DNA of 64,000 nucleotides, taken from the NCBI RefSeq assembly GCF_001194135.2, contig NC_068982.1, positions 130,328,321-130,392,320 of the forward strand, in the 5' to 3' direction. Source of the stretch: Octopus bimaculoides (lineage: Eukaryota). The notes beneath the pieces were generated by a model. That model ran no database searches, had not been told where the DNA came from, and saw only the letters and a list, made by a program, of their open reading frames with translations. Numbering within the stretch: the first letter of the stretch is position 1; each line of letters begins with the position of its first letter. Made by a program: the position numbers and the translations under genes. Below, piece after piece: positions 26,528 to 42,149 of the stretch.

Positions 26528-28050
26528 ATTAAAAGAATTATATCATCAATAAACATTGTCTTCAGACACGCTGACTTAATTCAAAGCGCTGACTTAATTT
26601 GGTGTAATTGTAATTTGGTGTATTGTGATTTGAACAATTTAGTCAAATTTAAATTTTCTTTGAATGACTTCGATTTTCTCGAATACTAAATCTTATTTTT
26701 CTTGTTTTTTGGTCTGAAGTTTTTGCTTAACGTACTATCGTCTTCGGACGTCCGATTTTATTTCTATGTACATACTATTCAGAGGATTTTAGACTCATAT
26801 TTATAACCCAGAGTTTCCTTGAAGGGCTGAGAAAATAAGTGCCAGATATAAAATATAATTTTAATCGAATGTTCTTGTTCTTCAATCGTCCGCAATCGAG
26901 GCGTGATTCACAATGCGCCTGCAGGAGCGGAATCTCTATTTCCTCATTAGCTTTGGTAGATTGTCAGTTTCTCTGCTAATAACCTCAATGTAGCTGAGTG
27001 GTTTCCGTCCTCTGTTAGGGTGCGGAAGTCTCAAAATATAGGATCCAGTATAGCATCGTGTTCAGCAAGCACGGTAGCAGTGGCCAGTAAAAGTTACCCT
27101 CCGTTGAGCAACATTTAAACAAGTGCCTATGTAAGAATTTAATGGTACACCATACTGATTATTTAAGCAAATAATACATTGAACGAAAGAAGGCCACATA
27201 ACTAATAATATAGGGTCTTGTGGGAAGTGTAAAACACTCTGCTGGGTATTATTTAGTACACAGACAAGTTCATCATTGCATTATATGAATAAAAGTTCTT
27301 TATTCTAAATCAAGATTAATTTTTGTAAATGAATTTGACGTAATATCTAATCTATTAAAATCAACCGTGTAAAGAGATATAGAAGTTCGATTGATAAGGT
27401 TCAGCAAGCGCTCACGGGGATAAAAAGGATTTATTGTTACATTAAGTATTCCTGTCCCTCCTTTGATGTCATAACTGTAATAAAGAACAAAACACAACGC
27501 AATATGATCAGTGGTTGGAACTATTTGTATTTATAATTTCCAGCCGAATAAATAATTAATGAACCTTATGTCAATGATATTGAAAAGTGAAGAATAACAA
27601 TGAAATTTTTGTTGACATTAGATAGTCTCAAACTAACTTTTGGAATTGCAATCTTTGTAATGTGCACTGCTAACTATTTTGTGTGACGCTGAAAAACAGA
27701 TGGATATTTAAGACCAGAAAAGTAGAAATGAACCAGAACTGAACATTACTCATTCGAGAAAGAGAAAGTGTGTATGTGTGTGAGGAGAGAGAGAGAGAAA
27801 GAAAGAGATGAAGTATATGACTCATGAAGCTAAATAAATCAAAATTAACGGCAACAACCCTGACATCAACGGTAACAAAAATTACTAGATATTGCTATAA
27901 TTAATAACATCCATTCTTCATGACATGAGTAACGACAATCTTAAAGTATCTAACTGGAACTTTAACTATGACTTGGTTTCAGCGATATTAACAGTAATTA
28001 GAAGGGAGAACTTGTATGTATGTATGTATGTATGTATGTATGTATGTATG

Positions 28051-28083
<33 letters not shown>

Positions 28084-28097
28084 TTGTGTATGTGTGT

Positions 28098-28497
28098 ATT
28101 CTTATATTCTATTACTTGTTTCACTCATAAGGCTGCGGCCATGCTGGGACACCGCCATGAAGAATTTTAGTTGCATGAATCGACCCCAGTACTTTTGATT
28201 TTTTAAGCCTGGCACTTATTCTATCGGTCTCTTTTGCCAAACCGCTAAGTTACGGGGACGTAAAGACGTAAACACACCAATACCGGCTGTCAAGCAGTGG
28301 TGGTGGTGGTAGTGGGCAAACACACACACACATACGACAAGCTTCTTTCAGTTTCCGTCTACCAAATCCATTCACAAAGCTTTGGTCAGCCCGAGGCTAT
28401 AGCAGAAGACAGTTACCTAAGGTGTCACGCAGTAGAACTGAACTCGGAACCATATGGTTGGGAAGCAAACGTCTTACCACAGAGCCACTCCTGCACC
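28098..28497 (-). mobile_element. tRNA-derived SINE, family D (inverted relative to the copy at 26146)
   Basis: Reverse complement of the family D consensus: gtgcaggagtggctctgtggtaagacgtttgc...ccttaggtaactgtcttctgctatagcctcgggc. Confidence 0.85.
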
Positions 28498-29899
28498 TAG
28501 TTTTTGTGTGACGTCGACAGTGAAGGTGAGNNNNNNNNNNNNNNNNNNNNNNNNNNNNNNNNNNNNNNNNNNNNNNNNNNNNNNNNNNNNNNNNNNNNNN
28601 NNNNNNNNNNNNNNNNNNNNNNNNNNNNNNNNNNNNNNNNNNNNNNNNNNNNNNNNNNNNNNNNNNNNNNNNNNNNNNNNNNNNNNNNNNNNNNNNNNNN
28701 NNNNNNNNNNNNNNNNNNNNNNNNNNNNNNNNNNNNNNNNNNNNNNNNNNNNNNNNNNNNNNNNNNNNNNNNNNNNNNNNNNNNNNNNNNNNNNNNNNNN
28801 NNNNNNNNNNNNNNNNNNNNNNNNNNNNNNNNNNNNNNNNNNNNNNNNNNNNNNNNNNNNNNNNNNNNNNNNNNNNNNNNNNNNNNNNNNNNNNNNNNNN
28901 NNNNNNNNNNNNNNNNNNNNNNNNNNNNNNNNNNNNNNNNNNNNNNNNNNNNNNNNNNNNNNNNNNNNATAACTATGTTCTCGACATTTCGCTGGGTTAA
29001 AGGGTGGGAGGGCAGAAATAATGTCGACATCTGCCCTCGGCTACATACCTAAAAAGAATTAGCGAAAGACTGGTACATGCTACCAGCCATAGAGGCTTGC
29101 AAATAACGGCTATAGTTAATTGTGTGTGTGCGTGTGTGCGTGCGCGCATGTGTGTACATATCTTTATCGCTGCATTGGTAGAAGTTGAAACATGAGCGAG
29201 AAAATTCGGAAAAAAAAAAAAGGTAGGGCTCTTTGAGATATTTGTTTGGCACTGATAGTTATACTTTTTTGACATTCTCTCCTTATGAAATGCAGTGAAG
29301 TGAACAATAGTGAATTAAAATTAAATATAAATTTGTTACTAGTTCAAATATGTTTGAGGCACATACGAACCATTCACTATGGTTTTGTCACGGAGAAAAT
29401 TTCTCGTGGTAGACAGGTGTAAACAGTTCAATATGCGGGGTAGGAGCGTTACGAACTGACTTGGTGTGTTTACACCTATTTGTCTACACCGAATACATCT
29501 CAAGCATATGTGAATTTGTAACAAGTTTATATTTATACATAATTTAGCGCTTCTAATCTGTATGAAATTAGATAAATAAAATAATTCATGGTTAAAGCTC
29601 TAAGATGACACTTCAGACCTTTATTAAATTTTGGGTTAACGATACAGATCAATGAAAATATGCATGGCTTTGTAAATAAATAAAAACGAAAAGAACGTGA
29701 AGAATGGAAACAATATGAAAAATGTTGATAATTCCTTCATCTTTCGCATTTATTGTAAAAACAGCATGAAAATAAACGAGACAAGGAAATGCAGTATTAT
29801 AATGGTAAAAAAAAAAAGCTATTAAAGAATTTTTAACAATGACAAAATTTTCTAAGCTTTATTTATCATTCTTCCATATAACATTCTTCAGATCTTGTC

Positions 29900-30780
29900 C
29901 GTTCGCTAAAGATCGCAACTCTCACACATATCCGTAGATTTTCTGCTTCTCGAGTGTTTGCAAGAATTATTTGAAGAAACCTACATCATGAGATTAGCTT
30001 TCATCACTTCTTCGGTCTTCCTCTTTCGCTACTTCCTTTCACATGGATCTCCGGGCATTTCTCCAGCCATCTGTCATCATCCATTCGCATTACATTATCG
30101 TATCAAGGCAGCTGTATCTCTTTTACATTACATCATTCCTCTAATGCCCTGTCCTTTCTTTTACCTTATTTGCTCTTCATCGCTCAGGTACATTAACATT
30201 ACACATCTAAGCATGCTTCATTTCTCTCTAACCTTTTAGCTCTAGTTTGTTTTTTTTTAGCAAGAATGCATAGTAAGGAATATATGCATTCAGTGCCCAT
30301 TACCATGCTGCATCGCAGACTGTACCACAGAATTGTACAATCTACCTTTTACCAACTTCTTAAAATTTTTACATCCTATTTTATTTTGAGTGTTATGCTT
30401 TCAGAAGATCCTCCTTCACTGCTCATTAGGTTGGTTGCCTCGGTAACAAAAGCTATCATTTACTTCCATAGAGCCTCCTTAGGAATTTGTTTTACTAGTA
30501 CTCTGCCTGTAGCATTAACCACCAGAAATATTTTTATTCATCGCCAAGCTGCCTTTGATTATATAACATCTCTTGTATATCTAAAAATCACATTGGGCGC
30601 ATTATATAGAATTTATACCAACTAATTTTCTGCACAATGAAGACGACCATTTCTCTGATAGTATCAGAGTCCTTTCCATTTTCTTATTAACAAAATATCT
30701 AGTTTGTTAAGTTTACTCCGGGGCCTCTTGATCATAGATTTTGCTTTCATATCTAGAATTTCTTCTCCAAATTCTCTACC
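29900..30780 (-). mobile_element. RTE-clade LINE relic (RT C-terminal part)
   Basis: Minus-strand motifs DSFCYRG(N), KGRLYNSVVQSAMQHG and NVMRMDDDRWLEKC...RGRPKK correspond to RTE FCYLGD, LYxxCVRxAMLHG and HVMRM...RGRPKKTW. Confidence 0.8.
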
Positions 30781-31026
30781 GTACCTGCTTTAAGGACCAT
30801 GTTTTCTGAATATGGAGCAACTGTCTGGGAGAACTGCAATAAATAGGAGGGGTTGCGAACCGCGCTTTGATGAGCACTTATATACTCCTTAAATTCCTAA
30901 CTGAACTCATTGTCAACCAGCATTTTCTTATTGCATCACTTTGAATGGCTTCATTACTCTCAGAAAACATTCATCTATTCAGTTTTCTTTGCGAACATCA
31001 GACAGTAAGATCACATTATGTGATAT

Positions 31027-32760
<1,734 letters not shown>

Positions 32761-35700
32761 TGTTTCTCTCTCTCCCTCCCCCTCTGCGTGCGCGTTTATG
32801 TGTTTATTTGAACTCAAGAAAATTGTAATCAATGGACTTTACTATCAAGAATTACTACATGTTTGTAATATCTCTTAGTCAGTAGTATATACATCTCAAT
32901 ACTCATCGTGTCAGATATATTTCCTTTTTGGGTCTGATGTACCATACTATCAACTGTTATTATAATTTCATACATTCTCCATAACTATTTTTCTCACTGT
33001 TTCTTTGGCATTGCCTGAGTCGCATTTAATGTGTTGCTCATAATTTTACATACTCCCTCTCGAAAGTGTAGTTCTAGAAATGCAGAAAGATAGGAGAATT
33101 ATTGTTAGATTGGTTTTCCCTTTAACCATAAAGCTAAGGCAACGAGAAAAACAACATACTCAGCTACGTTGCTTGTAGTTATTTATAACTGATAATGAAT
33201 TTCTTTTTGCTCACTTCATCAGCATACACAATAGAAAACTATAGCGCAAGATGTTTTTCTCAAAAATACTTTTTCGCTCTGGAGTAACACAAGCTTCAAT
33301 TGATGAAAATAATGAATACTTTTAATCGTAGATTTGTTTGCTTTACCAGCTTCACAGATATTAGATCATTTGGATGGAAGCAACAAGCTATTGATTTTCG
33401 GGGAATAATTTGGAGATAATAAGCAGCAGATGATCTTGTTATACTATTTTGTCACACCACTCGAGGAAGGAATATTCATTATAGAATACCATACGCCTCA
33501 CTGCAAAAAGAATAAACCTATGGATTTCAAACCCTGTCAGTAAACTCTTGTTAGCAATAAATTTTGATATCTTGTTAGCTTGTTTCATTGTAGAGACCAC
33601 TGGAAAGCTGGTCTTTATGCACTGATTCAAAGGAAGAATATATTGAAACATTCCTAGGTTATTCATACAGGATAGACAAGTTTGGTACATTAAGCTTCGG
33701 TGTTGCGCTTTGTAAGCGATGCTTTCCCCGCCCCCATAAGCTTGTTCGTGATTTTTCCTCACACTTCAAATATTTTTCAAAAGACAGCTTACAGAATGCA
33801 ATTCAAATTTTGAGAGACTGCTTTCCTTTTATGAAAGCACTACTTTGCACTTTGAAGGCATAAGTCTCATCCTCCAGCCCTCTGCCAAAGCTTCCAAATC
33901 TTTCACCCTTACATGGTCTCTGTTTATTTAGAAAGGTATTGCTACCTTGCCGCACTCGATCTTACTGGTGGAAATAGAACTGAGTCAACGGCGTCAAAAG
34001 CAAGTCAAATATTGAGCTTTAGACATAGATAGGAGACAAATCAGAACGAGTATCTCTGAAGGATCTTGCTATGAGGTGAATTTCTTGGCTCATGTCTAGA
34101 AAATTATTTCATGTCTGGGAAAGTATAAGGGTTTTATCATGTAAGCGCTGGTTTTTCACTAGGTAATTTTTCAGTTATTTATTGAATGGTAGTTCCATTA
34201 CATTGCTGATGATGCTGGATAAGGATACTAAATGATAGATTAAGGAATCGTTACTGGATTACTCTTTGTGTACAGGTGTCAAAGAGGTGGTCTTTTAGTG
34301 ATTTCGAAATGTGTCGTTAATAAAGAAATGCAATAATAAAGTGGCTAGTTCCTTACAGCTTCCCTGCACTAGAATTTGATCGGTGGATGCGTCAGCTTTG
34401 AGTTTGTTTTTATCTTTTTGAGTTTTGTTTTGTTTTGAAGATCGCAGCTGATTGTATTTTAAGAGAATATTGCTAGGCTATGAGCATTTAGAACACATAA
34501 CCTATTCCCAAAGGCTTATCAGAAGACATTGGCTTTGTAGGAGTATTATGTTCGGTGCTTGTTATGTGAGAATAGCTTGTTCTTCAACTCAAGAGGGAAA
34601 GCAGAGGAAAAGAGGGGTGAGAGAGGTTCGGGAGTAAGACAGGAGAGAAAGGTTTGGGAGAAAGAGAGGTGAGAGAGGGAGTTTACGATGTTATTGTTTG
34701 TCAGATCTTATCTCAGACTGGAATTGTTGGGTTATTTTTGTCTTGCTCTCCATCTGATCCTAGAAATTATGTTAACTTTTGTTTCTCATCTAGAGTGTTA
34801 CTCTGTTTTCAAACTATATCACCTATTTTGGTTTTATTGGTATAGGATGAATATGTCTAACGGCTTTGCATATATTTGCTGCAACTCAAGTACGTATGTT
34901 TTTAGGATTTTTTTCTCTTAAAAATAGTTGGCAACTCAAACTTAAGATGCCATTGCATGTTCTGAGAGTGTGCTCTTTTGTAACATAGCTGCCCACTGAG
35001 GTTAAACCATGTACCATGTCATTTATACGGCGTCTACTTCGAACTGGGGGAACTAAGCCCGTTAAGAAATGTTTTAGCCATAAACATAATACAGTATAGT
35101 TGACAAAATGTGAACTCCGATATGTTGGTTAGTTATTCGGAACCCTACTGATTCGGCTATCCACACACTCTGTTGTTATATAACCTATACTTACTTGGTA
35201 ATGAAAAGTTTACATCGCTTAAAATTGTATAGCGCGTTTAGTATTCAATACATTTCCTAATGTAAAAAGAAATGTTTATGCAAAAGTTCAAAACGAATAC
35301 AAGTTGCTAGATGGCCGCATAGCGATCACATTATACTTTGCTTTTACAAAAAGTGAACACGTATGCAACTATACATAATATGCTTATATGCATATACATA
35401 CATACATACATACATACATACAAACAAACATACATACATGCATGCATGCATACGTACATACATGCATACATACATACATACATACATACATACATACTGG
35501 ACGTCCACTCGTGACCGAGGAAGACCATTGCTGACCTTCAGGAACATTGTGCGCTCTAGGACTAACTTTTATTTTCATTTTCAGCTCCGTTGGTGGCTAA
35601 TGAGCCCTGCTCTTGATAAGCATACACGACTGCACACATTGCAGACCATCTCGCATACACACATACATACATACATACATACATACATACATACATCCTC

Positions 35701-35920
35701 ACTCAAGACACGTACATATCTTACAAGAGGAAAATAACTGCAACACCCTCACCGAATACCTTTGCTATTTTGAAACTATCAACCAACTTTTCAGTGGAGA
35801 ATGTGAGCAACAAATGAGTTGTACAACGATTAAGTTTCGATGTTTATGAAATGTTGGAAGCTGTTCAGCTGGAGGAAAGGAAAATTAGTAGTTGACAAAA
35901 TAGAAGCACATGATACTTAC

Positions 35921-35986
35921 AATAGCCTCTTCGTAGTAGGTGGCGACGTCGGGGTTCGAATAAAGTTTCAGTTCTTGTAAAGATCC
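35921..35986 (-). CDS. COL18A1: Multiplexin exon: last LamG strand (GSLQELKLYSNPDVATYYEEAI)
   Basis: catttgttatttacag|GGA ... ATT|gtaagt, 66 nt, phase 0/0. It supplies the expected G-x-(L/I)-Q-E-L-x-x-x-x-(D/N)P motif that closes the TSPN domain. Too short for the ORF track. Confidence 0.9.
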
Positions 35987-38487
35987 CTGTAAATAACAAA
36001 TGTAGTTGTGTTATTTTGATAGCAATATAACAATACTACGACACAAGCAGCGAAAATTATTTCACTCAACGAATAAATTATCACATTGAAACGACGTGCA
36101 TGAGGTAAAAAGTCGTTGCAGTGCGCGCGCGCACACACACACAAAACAATAACAAGAAAGACACTGCAAGGCCCAAAAGTTCAGAATTGTAGTTATTCTT
36201 GTATTTCAAGTCAACCCTAAGCTCCTAGAAAATATGAGTCCATTGCCCGCAGCAGATACGTTAAATCGATTTCAGTTTGATAATAATTCGATATTAAACA
36301 TATATTCGATTGCACATGACGTCAGTCTGCAAGCCACAAGTGAGTTCAATCGAACACGAATATGAAATATGGTTACGCATAGCTGGCGAATTTAAATGCA
36401 TTGTCACCATGACCAATTTATGAATTTGAGTATCTTTGTACCTGTCTAGTAATCTTTGTTTTTCATACCATAGTGTTGAACGGGATCCAAAATCTTTGTG
36501 TAAAGTATTAATTACTTAACATGCGTTCAACTACAATAACCTGAAATTTGAGCTAACTCAAGTAGTCTGGCGCCGAAATGACAGCAGTCGTAATAAATAA
36601 ACATATTCTTTGTATCGTAATTATTAAATCACTGATTTTTTCTATATTCTTATTACTCCTCGGCCCTCAACTTCAACCCCGAGGAGTACCACTACTCTCT
36701 GTCAATGTCAAAAAGATCTATTTGAAAGGTTATTGGCAGCTAGCATTTCACAAAATAAGACCTAATTGATACGTACTTATAAGCAGATGAATAAAGGAAA
36801 CTTGTTACAATCAATTGTGCATAAGCCTCTATTGCAGTGCAAGAGACTTTCCAATGAAGTGAAGACATTGGTAATTGTGAAACAACATATCCTCATCATG
36901 AGTCTATATAAATTGCTAAATGTCAACAATTTGAGTGATCATCGCAGAATTCTACGCCTACATGTAATCAGATGGGTTCACATTAGTTAGGTAGGGATCA
37001 ACTTTTGAAAACATCTGGTCACAGTTAAACTTACTGGCTGCATATAGAATTCGAAATAAAGTGCAACCATTTCAAATGTTCTATTCCAGAAAAAAAGCCA
37101 AAAAATTGTGGTCCTGGCACAAAACTCTTGTCAAAGCCTACATAGATAGCTCCTATTAATGAGGAAAGATTATCTCCGAATAGTTGATTCTTAAGCGAAA
37201 TACATTTTGCTCACCAGATAACTCTTCCGCTGAAGTTACTATCCCGAAGCTCTCAGTTTTAGTCAGTTGTTTCGAAGCTCACGAGATGACGGCCTCATAC
37301 ATAGAATTGCTGTCATAGTTGCAATATTTCAGTTTCTACTAATCCCATGTCCCGAAACAGACTTGCCAATGGAGTGGAGACATTGGTAACTATTTCCATC
37401 AAATATGCCAGCTAAACGACATATAGATACTTTTAAGCGCGATTTGTATAATACTCCAGCGAAATGATTTTGTTACGAGCTATTTTAGCCTCTGGAGCTC
37501 TGTATTCCGAGTTCTTATATTGTCAAACAAGAAATCACAACAGGCGAAAGTCGTAAACGTTTTCGAACACTTCACTTTCAAATTACAATTCATTGCAAAA
37601 GTAAAACGCCAAACATGGTACAACCCAAAACATAGCGTATGCCCACGGTATATCAAAATAAGAGACACTGCACTCTTGAGAATGTATCTGGGTAAAAATT
37701 TAGGGATCAGAACTTGACGGAACGGAACCATCATTTAAGAAGTGAGTATATGTAATTTGGACACAACATGAGAAACAGATTCGACCAAAGAAAGGAGACA
37801 AATACAAAGAAATTCAATTACCAATGACGTAATGATGTATTTGGATCTGTTGCTGTCTTATTCTGGACAAGTATTAACAAAGGTCACCATTCCGCACCAG
37901 ACAGTCTATCTTCAATATGCATAGATACACCGATCATTGTGTGCTTTATGCCAAACAATTACAGGTTAATCGACAGTTACAAATCGTACACTTGAAGTTT
38001 CTTTAAAGTATGCCAGCTGATAAGTAAACTACAAATCTATCTACTGATAAAAGAATTTTTCTCACTCTTTCGGAACGGCTGATAGTTCTTCAAGCAATCC
38101 GTTTGTAATTCTCCAGGAAGCTTCCAGTACTAAAGACCAATCGTATAGATCGGTAGTAGTTTTTGATATAGATAAATTTGCTGAGTGCACAAGTTGATTA
38201 CTCGGATCTCTGAAATTTCAGAAAACTTACGACACTGACTTAATCAAGTACGCAAGTTGATATCTAGAATGCATCAAGAAATTACTACTTTGTAATAAAA
38301 AATGAGTTGTAGGAAGTATCTGGCATTCCAAATTTTCTTCAGATATAAAATCTCTGTAACCACATTATCAAATGCCACTTTCTAAAAAGATATGGTGTAA
38401 TGGGAGATACATACAGTTGATGTTTCTAGCATCCTCTCAACCACTTAGGGACAACTTCCTTGACGGATATGGATTATGTTCATGTCA

Positions 38488-38599
<112 letters not shown>

Positions 38600-39894
38600 A
38601 GTACATTTGTCTGTCTTTGCTTGTGTTAGTTGAGCTATTAAGCGATATACGATAACTTTGACTAACTGCAATAGAACGAAGCAGAGAAAAGGAAGGGAGC
38701 AACTAAAGCTATGGGAAAAAAATGCAGGAAATGGAATAAAATCAAAGCATAAGAAAAATAATTAAAAACAAGGAGCAATATGTTAAGAAAGGAAGTGCGA
38801 AATCTGTTATGTCTGACAACTAGTCTACTGTGGTCGCTTTCAGGAAGCTCAATGATCGACTGCAGACCCAAAGTAACATAAAACTGTCAACAAAATGCCA
38901 AGTGTACCGAGCAATAGGTATATTCTATCTGTTAGATTCTGCCGGGACCTAGAAATGAAATTGTTAACACATCAAAAAGCTGATGGGGTACCGATTACAT
39001 CTTTTACAAAATGTAATAAACATTTAAAGGCAAGATGTCCACAACAAAAGTGTGGATGTGATCTAGCAACATCTTCATAAGACAGATAATCTGATTGCGA
39101 TGCATAAGAGAAGACAAAACAAACTACGAACGAATACGACGGTAATTTTCCGCCTGTTCAGTAGGCACTCCGGTTCCACCAATGTACACATATTTTTGAG
39201 CACCCGTCTTCACTTCACATTTGTAAATCACGTTCTTTTGGTAAAAATTGATAAACATCTGTCAGTTATACATTCGTTACTTCCAACTTTAATGCCAGAT
39301 CGCTTGATGAAATGAACGCATGAAGTATGATCCACCCGTTGTCCGTGGATAATTCGGATTGTAGTGTAATCATTTCAGGAATATGGACTATGATTGTAAG
39401 AAACATGTAATTTGTGGAAACGCGCGTAGCGATGCATTAAAATATTTATTAATTGCATCCATAGATTATTATTATTATTCCTATATTTACCCTACATTAT
39501 ATCGGCACAGCTCGGTACAAATCCATAAAACGGAAATCGCAAGTTGGTATCATTAGGCTGTAGCCGACATAATAAAATAGGAGCTTTTATATGCATATTC
39601 AAAAACGTTTCCTGTAAACGAACTTAAAGGATATACATATACATACATACATACATATATATGTATATATATATATAAATACATATGTATATGTATATAT
39701 ATATATATATATATNNNNNNNNNNNNNNNNNNNNNNNNNNNNNNNNNNNNNNNNNNNNNNNNNNNNNNNNNNNNNNNNNNNNNNNNNNNNNNNNNNNNNN
39801 NNNNNNNNNNNNNNNNNNNNNNNNNNNNNNNNNNNNNNNNNNNNNNNNNNNNNNNNNNNNNNNNNNNNNNNNNNNNNNNNNNNNNNNNNNNNNN

Positions 39895-39952
<58 letters not shown>

Positions 39953-42105
39953 GTGTATATATATGTATGTATATATAAGACTTATTTCATGCATATATGT
40001 GCACAAATATAAATTCATACACACGATACACACACTAATAGGGAGGGAATACTACTTTAGGTTATAAGTTAGCAGCTTTGAAAGAAGTTTATCCGTGTGT
40101 GACATAGTAATCAAAGACGAGTTGCTTTGCAACTTAAGTCGTTTGCCAACTGATGCGAAACGAAAATCCTACATTATACCACGTGAATGGTTTTTGGGTA
40201 CCTACTAGCACAGGTCAGATTGCTTATGAAAAAAGAATACATGTACATATCACAAAGTGACACAAAATACTTTCAAAGAAATTTCTGAAATAGCATTCAT
40301 AGAAACATATAAAAGTTAATAGATCCATTTTTCTCCTTTATTTCATCGGTGTTTCATATGATCAGTTATGGAAAATTCTCATGTAATATTCTTTATCGGT
40401 ATATGATGAGATATGCTGATTTCTTCAGCAGTATTTTTATGAATTTATTTTAATCGTGGCGGAGCTTAAATATCTTAAGTTTTGCTCATAGACGTAATCT
40501 TAGTTTCAAATATTATCATCAATCAAGTGTAAAGCTAATAAAACAGGTGTGCAGAGACTCATAGAAATGTTTCATTTAGAAGAGCTTCTCAGGTTTACAA
40601 TTTCCTAGACACTCCTTTCTAAATGACTGATTCACTTTATTTCCCAGTGAGGAAATGTATATATAGGGCATATTACCGACAATACGAAAGGAAATATTTG
40701 TATCCACGGGTTTTAATAATTCATACATATAATCAATTCATACAAATACTTGCGCGTGCACACACATACATACTCACCTCAGACATATGTCCAATAACTT
40801 TTCATAAACTAGTCAGTCAAAAGAAAGAAAAAAAAGCAAAATAGCTATAAAATGGAGTTTGATTCTATTCTTTATTTATGAATTGTAGGATCACTCTGTC
40901 AAGACAAGACCCAACTATACAAGGGCACCTAGCTAAATTTAATTTATCGAATTGTCTCTTAACAACTTAGATGCCTAGAATCACAAATACAATTCAGGCT
41001 AATTATATGCATATTATAGTGTAACGATATTTCTGTATTCATCATTTCACGCCGCTTCCGCCTACAGTAGAAAGCACACTGACATGAATTATTTGCTTCC
41101 GCAGCTAAGGAACTCAATCCACCCTTACAAAAATCAATTTGATCCATAGAGGGTTCCCTGACAGGTACTGCCTTTCTGAGTCAGAACGGACCTTCGAGTA
41201 ATGGTAATTGAGGGGTGACTCCTCGTTTTCCACAACTCCAGAACTCAATCCTCACCAGAGGATGCAGTTCAATGTCTCTATTATTGACAACGATCATGCC
41301 TACGACAACAGGGAAGAACAGAAGTAACAGCATTCTGCCAAAATGTGTTCTATATAAATCTATAATCTAAAAGTATCTCTGCGAACAAGAAGTAACTCTA
41401 ACTCTGATTGATAACAAAGTAAAATAGTGGTCCGAAGTTCAAACTTTGGCATTCCAACTTTAACTGCACCCAACAAGTATTGTAACAAATATTTCGCACT
41501 TGATTTGAATGTCACATAGTTTGGCCCTTTGCCTGTAAAGCAAGTGAAACGGAAGTGAATTTCAGTAAGATTCAAAAGATCAACGATCATGGTTGTTCTC
41601 TATTACCAAAATGATTAAATATGTGTGCAGATGCCACAATTTTGTATCGTAATCTAAACGATTAAAGAATAAAGAGTTAATTGTAAATATTTCAACCATC
41701 ATTTTAAAACTCTATTTCAACGGAAATAGCGATCGCGGAAGCATTTACTGATCGTTTGCTTCGCTGTAGCAGTAAATTTTCTCTATAATTTTATCTTCGA
41801 AATAGACACGTCAAAACGGACTTGTCTGTTTTGAGCATGATACTCTTAGTATGCATAACTATGGCGCTCAGACTTATTTCTGATTGCTGATTACCTACTT
41901 CAAAAGGAGTTGACCTGAGCTGTTCAATAATATGAATGAAAACTATACTAATAGTTACACGAACCGGCTCTATCTGAAACAGAAAGAGAGAGTAAGAGGC
42001 CAAAATCACCTCTCAAGTCAAATTTAGCGTGTGACATCTATTCATTAAAATAACTGTTTGAACAATTTAGTATATAACTATGTAGAAGTCTAATTCTAAT
42101 AATGA

Positions 42106-42149
<44 letters not shown>

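Noticed and set aside
35194-35256. Exon-like block with a good acceptor and an AA|gtaagt donor
   Set aside because: Stop codons in all three frames and no supporting context.
36654-36688. Perfect 10-bp GC hairpin tactcctcgg/ccgaggagta
   Set aside because: About one such stem is expected by chance in 64 kb.
41256-41333. Signal-peptide-like MLLLLFFPVVVGMIVVNNRDIELHPL ending at a phase-0 GT donor (possible alternative first exon)
   Set aside because: The donor and 3' half appear to belong to a dispersed repeat continuing to about 41100, and there is no independent promoter evidence.
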